DNA of 47,370 nucleotides, from IMG/VR virus record IMGVR_UViG_3300028888_000003; one strand, 5' to 3'. Positions 18,503 to 32,559 of the stretch are shown one piece after another. This DNA comes from a virus (lineage: Duplodnaviria > Heunggongvirae > Uroviricota > Caudoviricetes). The notes beneath the pieces were generated by a model. It had not been told where the DNA came from and ran no database searches. It saw only the letters and a list, made by a program, of their open reading frames with translations. The translations under genes and the position numbers were made by a program. Within the stretch, counting starts at the first letter, position 1; each line of letters begins with the position of its first letter.

Positions 18503-20620
18503 TTAAAAGTATCTATATTCATACTGAATTTCGGGTTTAGAAGAATTTGTAGATTTTAATTCTTGCTCTCCTACTGGGATATAAAAATAATCTCCTTCAA
18601 CTATGTAACGATCGTATATATTGTTACTAAAGGTAATCGTATGCTCAGGATGTGTCCAATCTTTATGGTATCCTTTAACAATACGCAATTCAGTATCAAT
18701 AGCAACTCCATTATCGCTGCCAATTAATTTAACATTTTTTAAATGGATTTGTTTACTATTATCATTCTCTAAAGTTAAATTAATATCAGAAAATTCTCCT
18801 CCATACTGCCCTTCTTTCTTAAAATATTCATCAAATAATGCTACAAATGGCATATCTATATCTCCGCAATTTTTTATTTGAAAACTATTACCATTCCATT
18901 TACTAATTGTCTCTGGAAGCTTAACTGTATTAGACCATTCAACATAGTTAGTACATAAACATTCATAATACCAAACCATAGATTGGTCTCCATCTGGTAA
19001 ATATTTTTCATCATCTAACACAATTTCAAAATCGATTTCATGTTTCTCTCCAGACAAATCTGTATATCTACATTTTAAAAAGTATTCTCTAGTATCACCA
19101 ATTGGGAGAAAATAGATTGAATGAGGGATTGTATGATATATATTAGTATCATCTTCAACTATAAATATTCTTTTATAGTCATCTACTTCTAAATTTTGCT
19201 TATTTGCTTTTATATAATCCATCAAAAATAATATAGGTTTGTATTCTTCATTTATGTTCTAACTACTACCCTCGCTTCGAACACCAACAAATATCTATTG
19301 GCAAACCTATTTATTTTGCTAAGCACTACTGACTAATTTTAACTAATAAATTCCGAGGTTGTCAGGCTCCCAATGCGCATAAGACTCTGGAATATATTGT
19401 AATTTTATTCGCTCCCAATAATTACCATATTTATCCATTATTACTGGATTATGCGTTGTATTGTTATACATCTAATCAATTTCAAGGCGTCCTACATTTT
19501 GCTCGGCAATAGGCTAAAACGTATAGCAACCATATTCTTCTACATAATTTTCTGGCCAATTTTTGTTTGTAAATTTCCCTGCAATATCATAAGTAACCTT
19601 TAACTATGGATCATACTATACAAACTCTGCTCTTCTCTAAAAATGATGATTCCAATCTTCACCGTTAGTCTATGAAAAGAAATGTTTATTATATAACTTA
19701 TCACTATTCTCTACTAATTTTCCATTAACTTCAAGTGTTCGATTATCAACCGATCCGCTATATCCCTTTCTTAAATCAATTGGATGCAGATAAGTCTGAT
19801 AATCTGAAACCAATACGGCAGTACTATTTCCATCACCACGTTTGACTAACACTTTTTGTGGCTAATATGCATAATAGCTAGTAGAAGCTTCTCCAGTATA
19901 AGGATCTCTCTAGCCTTGTAATAAATTGCCATCCTTATCTCTATTAGGTGTGCCCCATACATCTCTGTCATATAAAAAGTCAGAACTCAAATATAACTAA
20001 GCATCTGAAATATTGTCAAATTCTGGTAAATTAATTTCATAAGGTACATCATCTTCCTAATGTTTATTTAAATAAATTTTTGCATGATGTATATTAGTAC
20101 TTATAATTTCATCAACAGATTTAACGGTGCCGCGCGCGAAAGGTTCATAACATATAAATTTAAAAGTCCCTTCTCCTTTATAAATACGTCTACGACGGTC
20201 TGCTTCTCCCGCTTTATTTCTTTCGCGATTCATATCGCTTTCATCAAAGCAAATATACTTTAATTGCGGCGGAGCAGCAAGTTTAACATTATAGTATTTA
20301 TAAGGCTTTTCATCAAAAATTAATTGATGTACCTTTTTATCTGCGCCCCAATTTTGTATTCTTCTAAAATCCTCTTCACTTACATTATCAAAAGCAATTG
20401 AAAGAGGAAATTCTTTTCTCTAATAATAGCTTCCAAATAGGTAAGTGCCATCTCTTCCTCCGACTTGAACGATTTTATCCTAAAAGGTCGGTAATAAATC
20501 ATCTGTAAATCTATTACTATCACTTGTGCGAATAACGTTCAACTCGGAGGAATGAGTGCCGGCAAAAGTAAAGCCGACAAAGTCATCATACTTAATATTA
20601 GTATTTAAACTCATACTCAT
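18503..20620 (-). CDS. Distal tail protein (Dit) with large central insertion (705 aa, 17 TAG by manual count)
   Basis: RBS AAAGGAGG. Motifs DDFVGFTFAG.HSS, GGRDGTYLFG, LIFDEKPYK and RIYKGEGT..FICYEPFA. Directly after the tape measure gene. TAA stop. Confidence 0.82.
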
Positions 20621-20635
20621 TCCTCCTTTCATCCA

Positions 20636-23600
20636 TTAAAGTTTATTGTATGGCCAAACTGCGCTTGAAATTGTAGTATTCAGTTTATCCCAAACACGAT
20701 TTGCCACTTCATCTACTCGGTCAACTGAATCAACAGTTAAACCTTCTAAACTTAAGTTAAGATTAAAGTTATTTTCTCTAGTAGTTTGACCACTTGCTAA
20801 TGCACGAGTCGGTGTTGTAATATCAATTGAAGCAAGACCAGGTAAGAAGGGAGCTTGTCCTATAAAGTTTCCTACAGTACCTTCTGCAAAACGATTGAAA
20901 TTAATTGCACCGCCGCCACGAAGAATCTTCTTTGTTTGCTCTGCAGTATAAACTTGATCGCCCGCTTGCAGGTCTGCCATTTCTGGACCATAACGACCTA
21001 CAATTGTAGCCGTACCATTTGCATGCTGTACAAGTTCAGGACCAAACTCACCAACAAGTGCGCGCTGTGCCCTGTTAATCGCACCACCTAGCGCATAATT
21101 TTCTGTACCTAAAAATTTATTAATTACTTGTTCAAATTTAGATCCTTTGCCAAATATATCAATAATTGTCTGCCAAATATTATTAATAATTTCTCTTCCA
21201 GCATCTGCAGCCTATAAAATATGATTACCAAATTCTCCCCAAGCGTCTTTAGCATTATCAATAAATGTATCCCAAATTGATTTTTCAAACTACACTTCTT
21301 GCTCTGCGCGTTTGCCCTCTAACTATTCAAGTTTGTGTACAAGAAGCTATGCGCTTGGTGAAGTATATTCATTTTCATATGGATCATAAAATACGCTATT
21401 AATTGCAGTAATTGCTTCATCAATTGCATCAACAGAATAATTTACATTATCTATAAATTCCTTATAAATATCGTTATAATATTTAATATCGGAAGTCTAA
21501 AACTTAAGATTGCTTTCCCAAATATCGGTTTTGGGATGTCCACTAGGAAGAACTTCATCTTTAATTACTTCATAAATCGCATTATTAATAGCATCTACGA
21601 CAATTTGTCTTTCTTTTTCACTTAACTCTGCAAATAAAGATCCAATTTCTCCTGCCCATTTATTTAAATTACTAATTGAGTTACTTGTATAAGTTTCAAT
21701 TGTTTCTGTATGCCCAATTTTCTCTAATACCTTTTGTAATGCAAGGAATCTTGAATACTGTTTATTATAACCTTCAATATCATTACCGTCTAATCTAGAT
21801 ATCTAATCGTTAATATCTTTATATCTTTCTTCAATTCCAGAATAAAGTTTCTTGACAAAATCTGTACCATCTTTACCATTTTCATCAAAGTACTATAATA
21901 ACGCTTCTTTTTGTCCCGCAATCTCTTCACCAATCTATTGATAATATCCACCAAGTCTTGATCCTTCTACTTCTTCACCATACATTTCATCTAAAATATA
22001 TCCAACATTTTCACGTAAATGATCATCAACTTCTTCAAAAGCATTATCAAGCCAGTTTGCAATTAATGTACCTGCCGCAACGCCCATATCTGTAAAGCCA
22101 GGTGAGGTATCGCCAATTATATCGCACATTAATGAAATTGCGTCACAACCAGCCGCGAAGAAATTACTTACGCCTTCCATAACCATACCAGCGGCTTCAC
22201 CAATATCGCCAGCCTTTATATCAAGTGCAATAGCACCAGTTGCAGTATCAATACTTGCACCCATACCTTTTAAAATACCTTTGGCCAAGTTGCCAGCGCC
22301 AGTAGTAATTTGAGTTAAAATACTAGGCAATCCGCTCGCCATATCATTAGCAAAGTTTTTAACTGCATCTTCTAAGCCTGACATAGCTTGAATTGTCGCA
22401 CCGGACTCAGTAGCTTTTTGGAAGATACTACCTGTTTCATCGAATGAGAGTGTTTTAGCATCAACTATTCTGTTGATTACAGAAACAGCATTTTTAACTG
22501 CATCAGTATTATCTTTAACTGCTGTTTCAAGATTTGAAAATGCTACATAATTATGCCACATACTATCTGCAGCGTTATCACTTGGTAATTTAGTATCTTG
22601 ATCTAATACGTTACGAAGTATTTTTAGATCATTATATGCTTCCTAATATTCATCTTTAAGCATAGTACCATAAAGTGAAGCTTTTCTAATTAATACTCCC
22701 CAATCATTAATTTGAGTATCTTGATCAAAAGCAGATTTATCTTCAAAGTCAGCAGACTTTTTTAACTAGTCAATAATTGCTTGATAAGCTTCACGTTTGA
22801 TTTCGCCTTTGAGAATGTCGTCCCAACTACCATATCCACTAATACCATCCATTAGTGATTTTACTGTTTCCCAAATTTGTTTGGTATTATTAATTTCTTC
22901 TTGAAGTAAATCAATTTGGATTTGACGTTGATCTGCGGCTTCTTCATTTTGCTTTTCAAGTTCGCTAATCTTTTGATCAATTAACTTATCTGTATATGAT
23001 TGCTAACCTTCTTTTAATTCTTTTTCAAGTCTAAGAATTTCTTGTTTATTTGCTCCACTTGTATCTTGACGTAAGTATGCGAGTCTTGCTTCTTTATCTT
23101 GAAGATCAGATTCGGTCTTATCATTATCGCGCATTTGACGCATTTGTTCCAGATTATTTTTAAGTACATTAACTAAATCACTATCAGCATCAGTTATATT
23201 ACTATTTAGTTCTTCTAATTCTTCTTTGATACTTTCTTTTTCACTAACAATTGCATCATAAAGTTGCTGCTAAAGATCTGTATATTCGTCTTTACCTTTT
23301 TCGAGAATCTCAGTCATTTCATCATAAAGATTAATAATTTCAGACTCTGCATTTCTAATATTATCAACTTCAGACTCCATTTGACTTTCGATTTCAGTTA
23401 AATAGTCAAGATAATTCTGAACAAACTATGATGTAATTGTTCCATTTGTAATAATAGTTTGCATTTTCTGATTTAAAGCATCAACTAATTCTGATTTATT
23501 TACAATCTAATAGTCAGCGTCAAATTTAGGAGATAATTCATAAAAGAAGTTTGCAATTTTTTGAAGTAAGGATTCACCAACATTTCCTAAACGATATTCA

Positions 23601-26600
23601 GTAATTTCAAGACCGGCAATTTGCTCAAGACTCTTTTTAAAGAAGGTCTCAACCATTGTACCATCAAAAATATTTAATGGACTTAATGCATCACCTAATA
23701 CGTCTTCAAAATTGGTTCCAAGCCATTCGTTTATTTTAGCAATTGGGTCTAGCTCTCTAATATTGGTTAAATTCCATTTTGTGACACGCTCAAAACGATT
23801 TTCTAAATATTGAACCTAATCATTAATTTTTGTAAATATACCATTTACACCATATAGTACGTCATAAAGTTCTTCTAATGATGCTTCTATATCACTATTA
23901 ATATTAGTTCCAAGATCTTCTAACTAGCGGAAAGAATTTTCATAAAGTCGACGCTAATTTTGTAAACGAATTAATACATTCTGCGCGGCGTCATTAATAT
24001 TTTCAAAGAGATTTTCTTGAGATTTTGAATTTGTGCCTTTAGTATAATCAAAATTCTTTTCTGCATATTTATCAAATTCCCAATCAAGAAGTTCTTTACG
24101 ATTCTTTAATGACTCATCAAGTTCGCCAATATCATGCTCGTCGTCAATACGAATTGTGAGCCAACCAAGGAAGGACTTAAATCCATCCACCATTGATTGA
24201 GCGACTTTTTCAATCATTTGAAGAACTGATTGCGCGACTTGGCCCATTCCTTCAATTGCTTGATTTACCCAGTCAACGCCTTGATCAATTGCTTCGCCTA
24301 TTGAATTATCGCGCTCATCTTCATATTCATCTTTTTGATAGTCAATATCCTCTAAAGTTTGCCTTTGATCTGCTAATTCGTTTCCAGCCTCTACCAATTC
24401 TTGTAACTTTTCATCTTCAACTGAAAGTTTTCCATTTTTACTATCAATTACATATTGTTCATTATAATTAAATGAACCATCTTCATTTTGCTCTAAATAT
24501 TTCTCCCAACCGGCAGCATCTTTTTTCTTCTCTTCTACTATATCTTCTTTATCTTTAAGAATTCTTTGCTGAACCTTTCTTTCTTTTTCTAACGCATCAA
24601 TTTCTTTTTTAATTTGTTTAAGACGAAGAGGAAGAGTATAAATTCCACCTTCTTGAAGTTCATTATATTCTTTTTCGAGCTTATTACGTTCGCGTTGGAG
24701 ATTTGTAAGTTCTTGCTAATTTCTAATATCACGTGGATCTTCTTTGTCTTTATCTTTATCAGATCCACCGCCTCCACCGCCACTTTTATCTTTTCCATTT
24801 GCATTAGGATCATCTTTTACGGTTCCATCACCATTATTGCCGTCACCATTATACTCAAAGCTTCCCAAATCTTCGATTGAAGGCACCTCAGCTGGTTTTG
24901 CTTTACTTTTAAAATTCTGACCAGAGATATGTAATTTAATACCATTTTCTCCCATTAAAGCCTTGGTTAAAATACCGCCACCTTCAGCCACACTAATGGA
25001 AATATCACCTTCAATACTATTAATAACATTAGCAATCTAATTAGACAATTCATAAGCCTAATTCTAGGCCATAGCAGCCTCGTACTACTCAACAAAGCCT
25101 TGAGTACTAGAAACCCCATTTTCAACTGCCCATTGTAGAGTAGCTGGAATATTCTCACCAAATTTAGCTTTAAGGGTATCCATATTTAAACTAGACCAAT
25201 CTATATCTCCCATTTGGGAATCTATAATACTAGCTATATCAGCGCTTGAAACTCCTTGTTCTAAATAATACTAAATCTATGACTAAATAGAAGCAAATTT
25301 GTCACCAATTCCCTTTATTGCAGCATCCGTAAGTAATTCTTCTCCATTGCTCTTTTTTGCATCAAGCATGGTTGATATACTTCTTTCTTTAGCACCTTCA
25401 CTAACCTTATTTGCACTATCTGCCGCATCTTTAACCTAATTTTCCCATTGCTTTACAGCTTCAGCATCCTAATCAAGGTTTTGCGGATCTATGATATGAA
25501 AATCTTTACCTTTTCCAGAAATTCTTGCAAGTTCTTCATCATATTTTTTTAATTCTTCAGCACTAATTTCACCATTGTGATCCTTATCATATCCCTAAGC
25601 TTTTGCCTATGTTTTTCTTTGTCCTTCTGATGCTACTAAATAAGAAGACTCTTTACCTTGCGCATCTGTAATAGACACCATACCTTTTTTAAGAGTATTA
25701 ATATTTGCGGCCAAATTATTAGCATTTTGTGCACTTTGCTTAAAATCAACTGACATCTAGCTACAATAAGTCTCTAACTATTCAGCCTCTTCTTTAGATA
25801 TTCCTAAAGCTTCTTGCAAACCCTAAGCAACTGTCATACCAGCTTCTAATTTAGAAAAATCAAAGGTAATATCGCCTTGGTTATTTAAGGAATAAAATCC
25901 TGAGTAATCATGTTCTGCAGAGAATCCTTTTTGTTGATCTGCTTCATTTCTTGTTACAGTGCCTAGTTCAGACATTTTATTTAATAGCTAATTATAATAA
26001 ATAGATTCTCCTGAACCTTCATAACCAGCATCCTTTATAGCTGCTTCATACTATTCTTTTCTGTTTCTTTCTCCATTGTCATAACTATACCATTTTTCTT
26101 CGCCTAAAAGAGCAATCATATAATCGTCTAATTGCTCATCACCATAATTACCTCTTTTAGCTATACCCTTTGTAGCATTATAAAATTTATTACCCTGTCC
26201 AGAGGAAGCATCTGTTTCTGAACTTCTAATCTTACTATCATCTAATCTATTAATAGTATTAGCTAAAGAAGTTTCTAATTCTGTAGATTTAGCCAAAGAC
26301 GAAATAAATTGCTCATTTGCCTCTGTAGCTTTTATAGTGCCTTGTTCTACAGCATCATAAGCTGCCGCCAATGCTCCAGTAGATCCAACACCATTTTCTA
26401 ACATTTTATTAAGAGGTTCAAATTCATCACTTAAAGAGGCCATACTTTCTGCTGTAATATGACCATTTACTTTTACTTTTTCTAAACTCTTCTAAAAATC
26501 TTCACTATTATAAAGATCATTAAATTCTTTCAACTAAGCTTCAGCATTATAACGCTCACTTTCAAGGGCTGCCGCACCTAATGCTGCAGCTTGCTATGCA

Positions 26601-29600
26601 GCCTCACTTAACTCTCCATTGGACTCTTCTATAATTTGTTTAATACCATTTCTAATTTCTGAAGCTCCATCAATGGCAGAATCTGAAATAGAACCAAATA
26701 TCTCATAAGCTTTTGTTAAACCTTTAGTTGATATTTTCTAGTCACCAATTTCACTATACTGGCTTAAAAAAGATTTCATAAAACTATTATTTGCGTTTAA
26801 AATTGCTTTAGATAAATCATTGTATTGAGCTAATTTTGTAGAATCTATTGCTTCGTTTTGATCGTTCTGAAACTATTGTGTTTCTTCATTCCAGTGAATA
26901 CCATCTTTAACCACGTTTTTTAAAGAGTTTGCTAATTCATTTCCTATATCATTGATAGACTATGTTAAAACTTTTTGTACATCGCTATCAATTTGAGAAT
27001 TATTAATTTTTTTTGCTACATTCTATAAGTTTGAGGCATTGATCCCATTTCTTCCGATATCTTGTGTCACTGTATCCCAAGCAGAAGAAGACCTTCGAGT
27101 TAAATCTTCAATGTCTTTACTAGTATTTGTAGCCATGGCTTTTTGCATTAATAACTTATTTGCCTATGCCCAGTTTATAGTATTTTCATCATCGTTATTT
27201 TTAACTTTTCGTTTTACTTTATAAGTTTTTCCATCTATAGTTAAAGTATTATTAGAACCCCAACCATCATTATAGTCTACTCCACTGTCTTTTTGATCTA
27301 AACCTAAAGCTTTTCTTTGCCATTCAAAATCTTTTTTACTAGTTTTTCCTGAATTTTTTAACTAATCAAGACTTGTTGCTTCTATTAAAGCTTTGTATTC
27401 GCCTTTTGAAAGATAGCCATAATCTCCTGCACCCTTACCAGGCTTTTCTAAAACCTATTGACTTAAAGCTTTAATACTTGAATCATCTTGTAGTTCATTT
27501 ATACGTTGTTTTGCATAATATTCTCCAACTGCATTGGCTAAATTCGTATCTGGAGTATAATTTTTAGCCATGGCAGCATACTATTTAGTATAACTTTCTT
27601 CTAACTATAATTTAGCTAATTCTGTTTTATTTTCGTATTTTTCTAAACGCTATCCATCTTCTTCATCTGTATAATCTCTATTTTCTATAGCGGCATTTAC
27701 AGCATCCTAATATGAACCATAAAGATGCCCATTATATTTATAGCCTTGTAATTTGTTATTTTTATGTATTGTAGATATTTTACCTTTATTAGCAGCTTTT
27801 TCCTATAAAGACTCAAGGTCTTCATGCTTAGACATTTCAAGTTCATCACGAATTCTTTCAATTGTTTTATTATAATTTAATTCACTCTATTCAATACCAG
27901 CAGTAAGCTATACTTCTTGCTATTTCTAATACTGCTGCTACATTTTTTCATTATAAACGTCTTTCTAAATGACATACATGCCATTTTCATCAACTGTATA
28001 ACCCTATCCTTCTCCATACCCAAGCTACAAACTTTGTATTAATTCTAAAGCAGATTCATTAGCATCTACTAAAGCCTACTAAAATTCTAAAGTACCTTTT
28101 GTTAAATTTTCTATATTATTAGCATTTTCAGTCCATTTATCCCAAGCTGAAGAACAATTATTAATAAGTTCTGCAGTTTCTGATAAAGTCTCGTTTAGGC
28201 TTTTTAAATCAGCTTCCTAATTCTAAATATTTTGTCTTAACTATTCACCAGGAGAATTTTCATTCCATTTCTTAAAAGCCACTGCAACTATTGCAACTAC
28301 GGCAGCAACCCCCAAAATTACTCCAGTTAATAATAAATGTGAAGCAATTAATCCCGCTAATTGACCAATAACTCCACCTATACCTTTGGCACTACTATCA
28401 GCAAAAATTTTTGAAGCGTTAGTACTATTAGCAAAACCATCTTTTACGTCTTTAAATCCTATTTTAAGATTTTTAAAGAAACCATTAAGGAGTCCTTCTC
28501 GACCATTTAGCATTTCTTTTAATGCCATTTTTCCGTCTTCATTATTAATTAATTGTTTTAATTGTTCATTCTTAATTAATTCTGCATTTTCTGCTTTTAA
28601 ACTACCAGTTAAAACTGCAACTGCCTACGCAGCTTCATCTTCACCTACTTCAAAAAGAGTTTGTAATCCCAATATTGCAAAGCGAGTTTGTTCTCCAGCC
28701 TCTAATGTTCCATTTGCAAGTGCCTAAGTAGCTGTAAAAGCATTAGTTATGTCAACAGTTTCACCAAGTTTGTTAGTAAAAACAGTATATGACATTTGTC
28801 CTTTTTTCAAAGTAGTAATATGACCTAAAACTGCTCCATCTAACGTCTTAAAACTCTTGGTCATTCCGCTAACATTTTCTGCTATTACATCTCCCGAAAA
28901 ATAACCAATTGTACGAAAGAAATTTTGAAATTCTGAATTAAGAGTAGGGATTACTGAACCAGTAGTATATGATATAAAAGGATCCCATAAATTATGTCCT
29001 ATCCCCGCAAAAGCAGCCCCTAGATTTAAGATACCAGTTTTTATTTCAGTAAAAATAGAACCAAGACTAATTCCTTTTAATTGTAACTATAAACTACCTA
29101 ACTACATCGATAACTTAGAAATAGCTCCAGCCATTCCAGAAAAAGCAGTTTTAGTTGTAACGGCAGCACCTGCTGCAGCAGCGCCAGTAGACGTAAAACT
29201 AGCAGCTAATTTAAAAGCTTTATCAGCTAAACTCACAATAATAGCTCTACCAAGTTTCATTACTCCAAGGCAAAGAGCAATTGAAGCCGCGGCTTTTCCA
29301 AAACCGCCCCCAATTTTTTCAATAGCACTTAAAATTTTATTAACAACTGTAATTAGTCCTGTTAATAAATCAACACCCATTTTTATAACAGAACTATTAG
29401 TAATACCCATCAAAAACTAATCCCAAGCATTCTTAAGATTATTTAATTTTGATTCTAATGATTCTTGTGTTTTAGCAAACTATTCACTTGAAGCGCCAGT
29501 TGCATTATATGCACCATTTAATAATTCAGTAAGTCTTGCATTATCACTCATTAAAGCCAAGAAACGAGACTGTTGTCTTGAACCAGCAGCCATAGTGGCT

Positions 29601-31615
29601 ATATATCTTTGTGTTAAAAGATCTAATGAATCCCATTTTCCGGCAAGCTCAATGAATATTTCATCAAGACCTTTCGCGCCAGTCATAAATTCATTAAGAT
29701 CAACACCAGCCGCACGAAGAGCAGCTCCAACTTTATTTATATTTATTTCTTCGCCATCAACGTCACCGATTAAATCGCCCTCACTATAAAGCTTTTTAAC
29801 TTCTGAAAATCTTGCAACAACAGTTTTAAGCGCGGTACCAGCAGTTTCTGCAGATTCTCTTGTAGTTTCAATAATCTACGCTAAAAATGCAGCGGTATTA
29901 TCAAAACTCATATTAGCGGAATTTGCAAGTGAAGCAACTTTTGTCATAGCAACAGAAAGTTCTTTAACATTAGAAGCAGACATAGCGGCCAATTGTGAAT
30001 AAACATCGGCAATATGCTCTGCATTCATATTGTTAACTTCCATATTAAAACCACGAAGAGCATTCGTCATACGATCGGTCGCGACACTGTAATCAAGACC
30101 TGCAATACGAGCCATTTTCATAGTCTCGGTTCCAACTTCAAATACTTGATTTTGTTCAAGGCCTTGTTGATAATACAAGGTCATAACATCATATGTATCT
30201 TTTAAAGTGGCATTATATTCATTGGCTATTTTAGTATATTCAGGAAGCTGTTTCCACATATCTCCAACTGAAAAATCAGTAACAACTGCCGTTTCAGTCA
30301 TTGATTTATCAAGCTCTTTAACCGTATCAATAGCACTTTTTACCGCTCTTTTAAATAGATTAAGTTGATTTGTTAAGCCAAAAAAATACAATCCTCTTTG
30401 CGCCAACTATTCAACCTAACGTATTGAAGAAGTCATTTCATTAAGTCTTTCTCTAGCTTCTTGAACTTTTCTTGATGTTTCACTAAAATCATTACCAAGA
30501 CCTTTCCAACTACTAGAAACTTTCTAAATTGCGCCCAAAAGATTCTATCCTAATTCTCCTGCCATGCCACCAACTTTTTCTTTTAGTTGGTCTAAATTAG
30601 TTACTTCTTCCCAATTAATCCCATGGCCTTCTATTTTATCTATTTCATTTTTTAATTCTTCAAACATAGCAGTAGCTTGCATATGATTAAGATTTTCCAT
30701 TTTTTGTCTAAGACCATCAATTTCTTGTTGTGCCTTATTAATAGCATTAGAAGCATTCTATGCTCGAGTTTCAACTTCAGTAACTAATTTCTCTCTGGCG
30801 GCATTTTCTGCACCAAGTATTTTTTCTAATTCTTCTATTATTGCCGTAATATCATGAAGCCGAGCGCCTTCTTTTGAATTTCCAAAACCAAATAAATTAC
30901 CTTTATTTTTGTCTAAATAGGCCTATTTAATTTCTTCTAATTGCTCTTTTTCTTTTTTTAATTTTTCCAAAGATTCTACCGCACTAGTTTGATTGGCATT
31001 TTGCCATCTTTTTACTGCTTCTTTTGCAGCATTATATCCTATAATTAAACTCTATATACCTTCAACATTTGATTTAACTGTATTTCCATTATCTATTGAA
31101 TTAAGAATAGAATTATATCTTTTCTATTCTTCGGTAGCTTCTCTTATTTTTTCAGACTATTCTTCTATGCTTCTATTTAACTATTGAAATTTATTAGTAC
31201 TAGCAGTTGTTTCTTCAACCTTTTTTTCAAATTTATCAATTTCAGAAGTAATTTTTTTAATATTACTAAAAGCAGAATCTGGAATCAGCTTCTATAGTCC
31301 TTTAGAAGTAGAAGCCTAATTAAGAACAGAATCTATTTCTTTACCTAATTGCTTATAAGATCCACCTAACTTCTCAATTCTTTTTTCTAATTCTCCAAAA
31401 CTACTACCTTTAATTTTCCCGCCTTCAGTTAAAGCTTCTATTTCCGATATTTCTTTTTTAACATCGCCTAAAAGACCGGACATACCAGCTTTTTTATTAG
31501 GACTTAAATTCAAATTTTTAAAAAGACCTTCTAACTCCTTAACTCCCGCTTTCATCTAATCAAGCTATGCACGTAACTCAACATCAACAACTACTCTATT
31601 AGCATTATTTGCCAT
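20636..31615 (-). CDS. Tape measure protein, TP901-family core (3659 aa with TAG=Gln)
   Basis: RBS GGAGAGG and ATG 31615. Ten track ORFs lie in the same frame; nine end at TAG and the last at TAA 20636. Core KELDKSMTETAVVT...KMARIAG...TTRESAETAGTALKT, C-terminal ALVGEFGPELV. I translated several inter-fragment stretches by hand but not every codon. Confidence 0.85.
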
Positions 31616-31633
31616 ACTATCACCTCTCCATAT

Positions 31634-31670
31634 AAAAAAATTTGGCATCAACTTAAAAAGTTAATGCCAA
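31634..31670 (-). terminator. Intrinsic terminator/attenuator immediately upstream of the tape measure RBS
   Basis: 12-bp stem with one mismatch, TTGGCATCAACT/AGTTAATGCCAA, followed by T7 on the minus strand. Confidence 0.7.
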
Positions 31671-31677
31671 CGTAACA

Positions 31678-32499
31678 TTACATATCACTATCTATATCAT
31701 CTTCAAGAAAAATTAGTCTCATAGCTTCCTTATTCCCTTGACTCCCAGCAGGATAGGCAATCGCTTGAAAATGTCCAACTTGTGGATTGGCCTATTTTCC
31801 TACTCTTATAGATAGATCAGACATTAACTTTAATTTTGGTATTCGTAAAACCGCAGTTTTAACTTTACCTGTCTCATCATCTTTTACTCTAGTTTTTCCT
31901 TCTAACCAAAGGAAACTATTAGTAAACTCCTTTCCCACCTTTAAAATCGAAGTCGCGTTAGTATACTAGAAACAATAATCTACGATCAATTCTCTAAATT
32001 CTACTTCCTAATCTACAATTTGAATTTCCTTTCCACCATTATACTTCCAGTAGGGAGTTCCTTCTCCTTTTCTGTCAAAGCGCGCTCCTGTTTTTCCGTC
32101 ATACACATACACATCGCAGTGCGGTATTTGCTTCAATTGAATTTTCCCTTCTGTATCCGTTTCTAATTTTTCTCTTTCTCCAATCAACTCAATATGAGCC
32201 TAAACTGGTTCAAGATACTTCGCATTATTCAAAATAGCAAATTGAGTCTTTGAAAAAATTCCTTGAGTAAATTCAATGTTCAATTGCTATGTAGCATCCC
32301 AAACCACTTGAGGTTCATTCATATAACCGCCACGCGCAGCAATATGGGATTTTATTTCATTGAAATTTACAATTTGAATTTTATCAAAATCTGCTATTAC
32401 TTCACCAGGTTCTATAATTTTTCCAGCTATTTCTATATTATATGTAGATTTTAATCTACACGAATACAGTTCCCGCATACTAAATTCATTAATATCCAT
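31678..32499 (-). CDS. Tail-tube paralogue (273 aa, 5 TAG)
   Basis: AARGGYMNEPQVVWD...FSKTQFAIL aligns with TANGGKGNVALISWD...FSAKSMAIL of the major tail protein. IPKLKLMSD aligns with ISKAKITSE. TAA stop. Confidence 0.75.
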
Positions 32500-32518
32500 A
32501 TTGCCTCCTTTTTAAATA

Positions 32519-32544
32519 AGCGGATGGCGTTGCCGCCACCCGCC
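32519..32544 (-). terminator. GC-rich hairpin terminator after the major tail gene
   Basis: GGCGGGTGGCG-GCAA-CGCCATCCGCT followed by TATTT on the minus strand. Confidence 0.75.
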
Positions 32545-32559
32545 TTTTTAAATCATATA

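Noticed and set aside
14175-20620. Diversity-generating retroelement target or invertible tail-fibre cassette
   Set aside because: No reverse transcriptase, recombinase or template/variable repeat pair was seen in the window.
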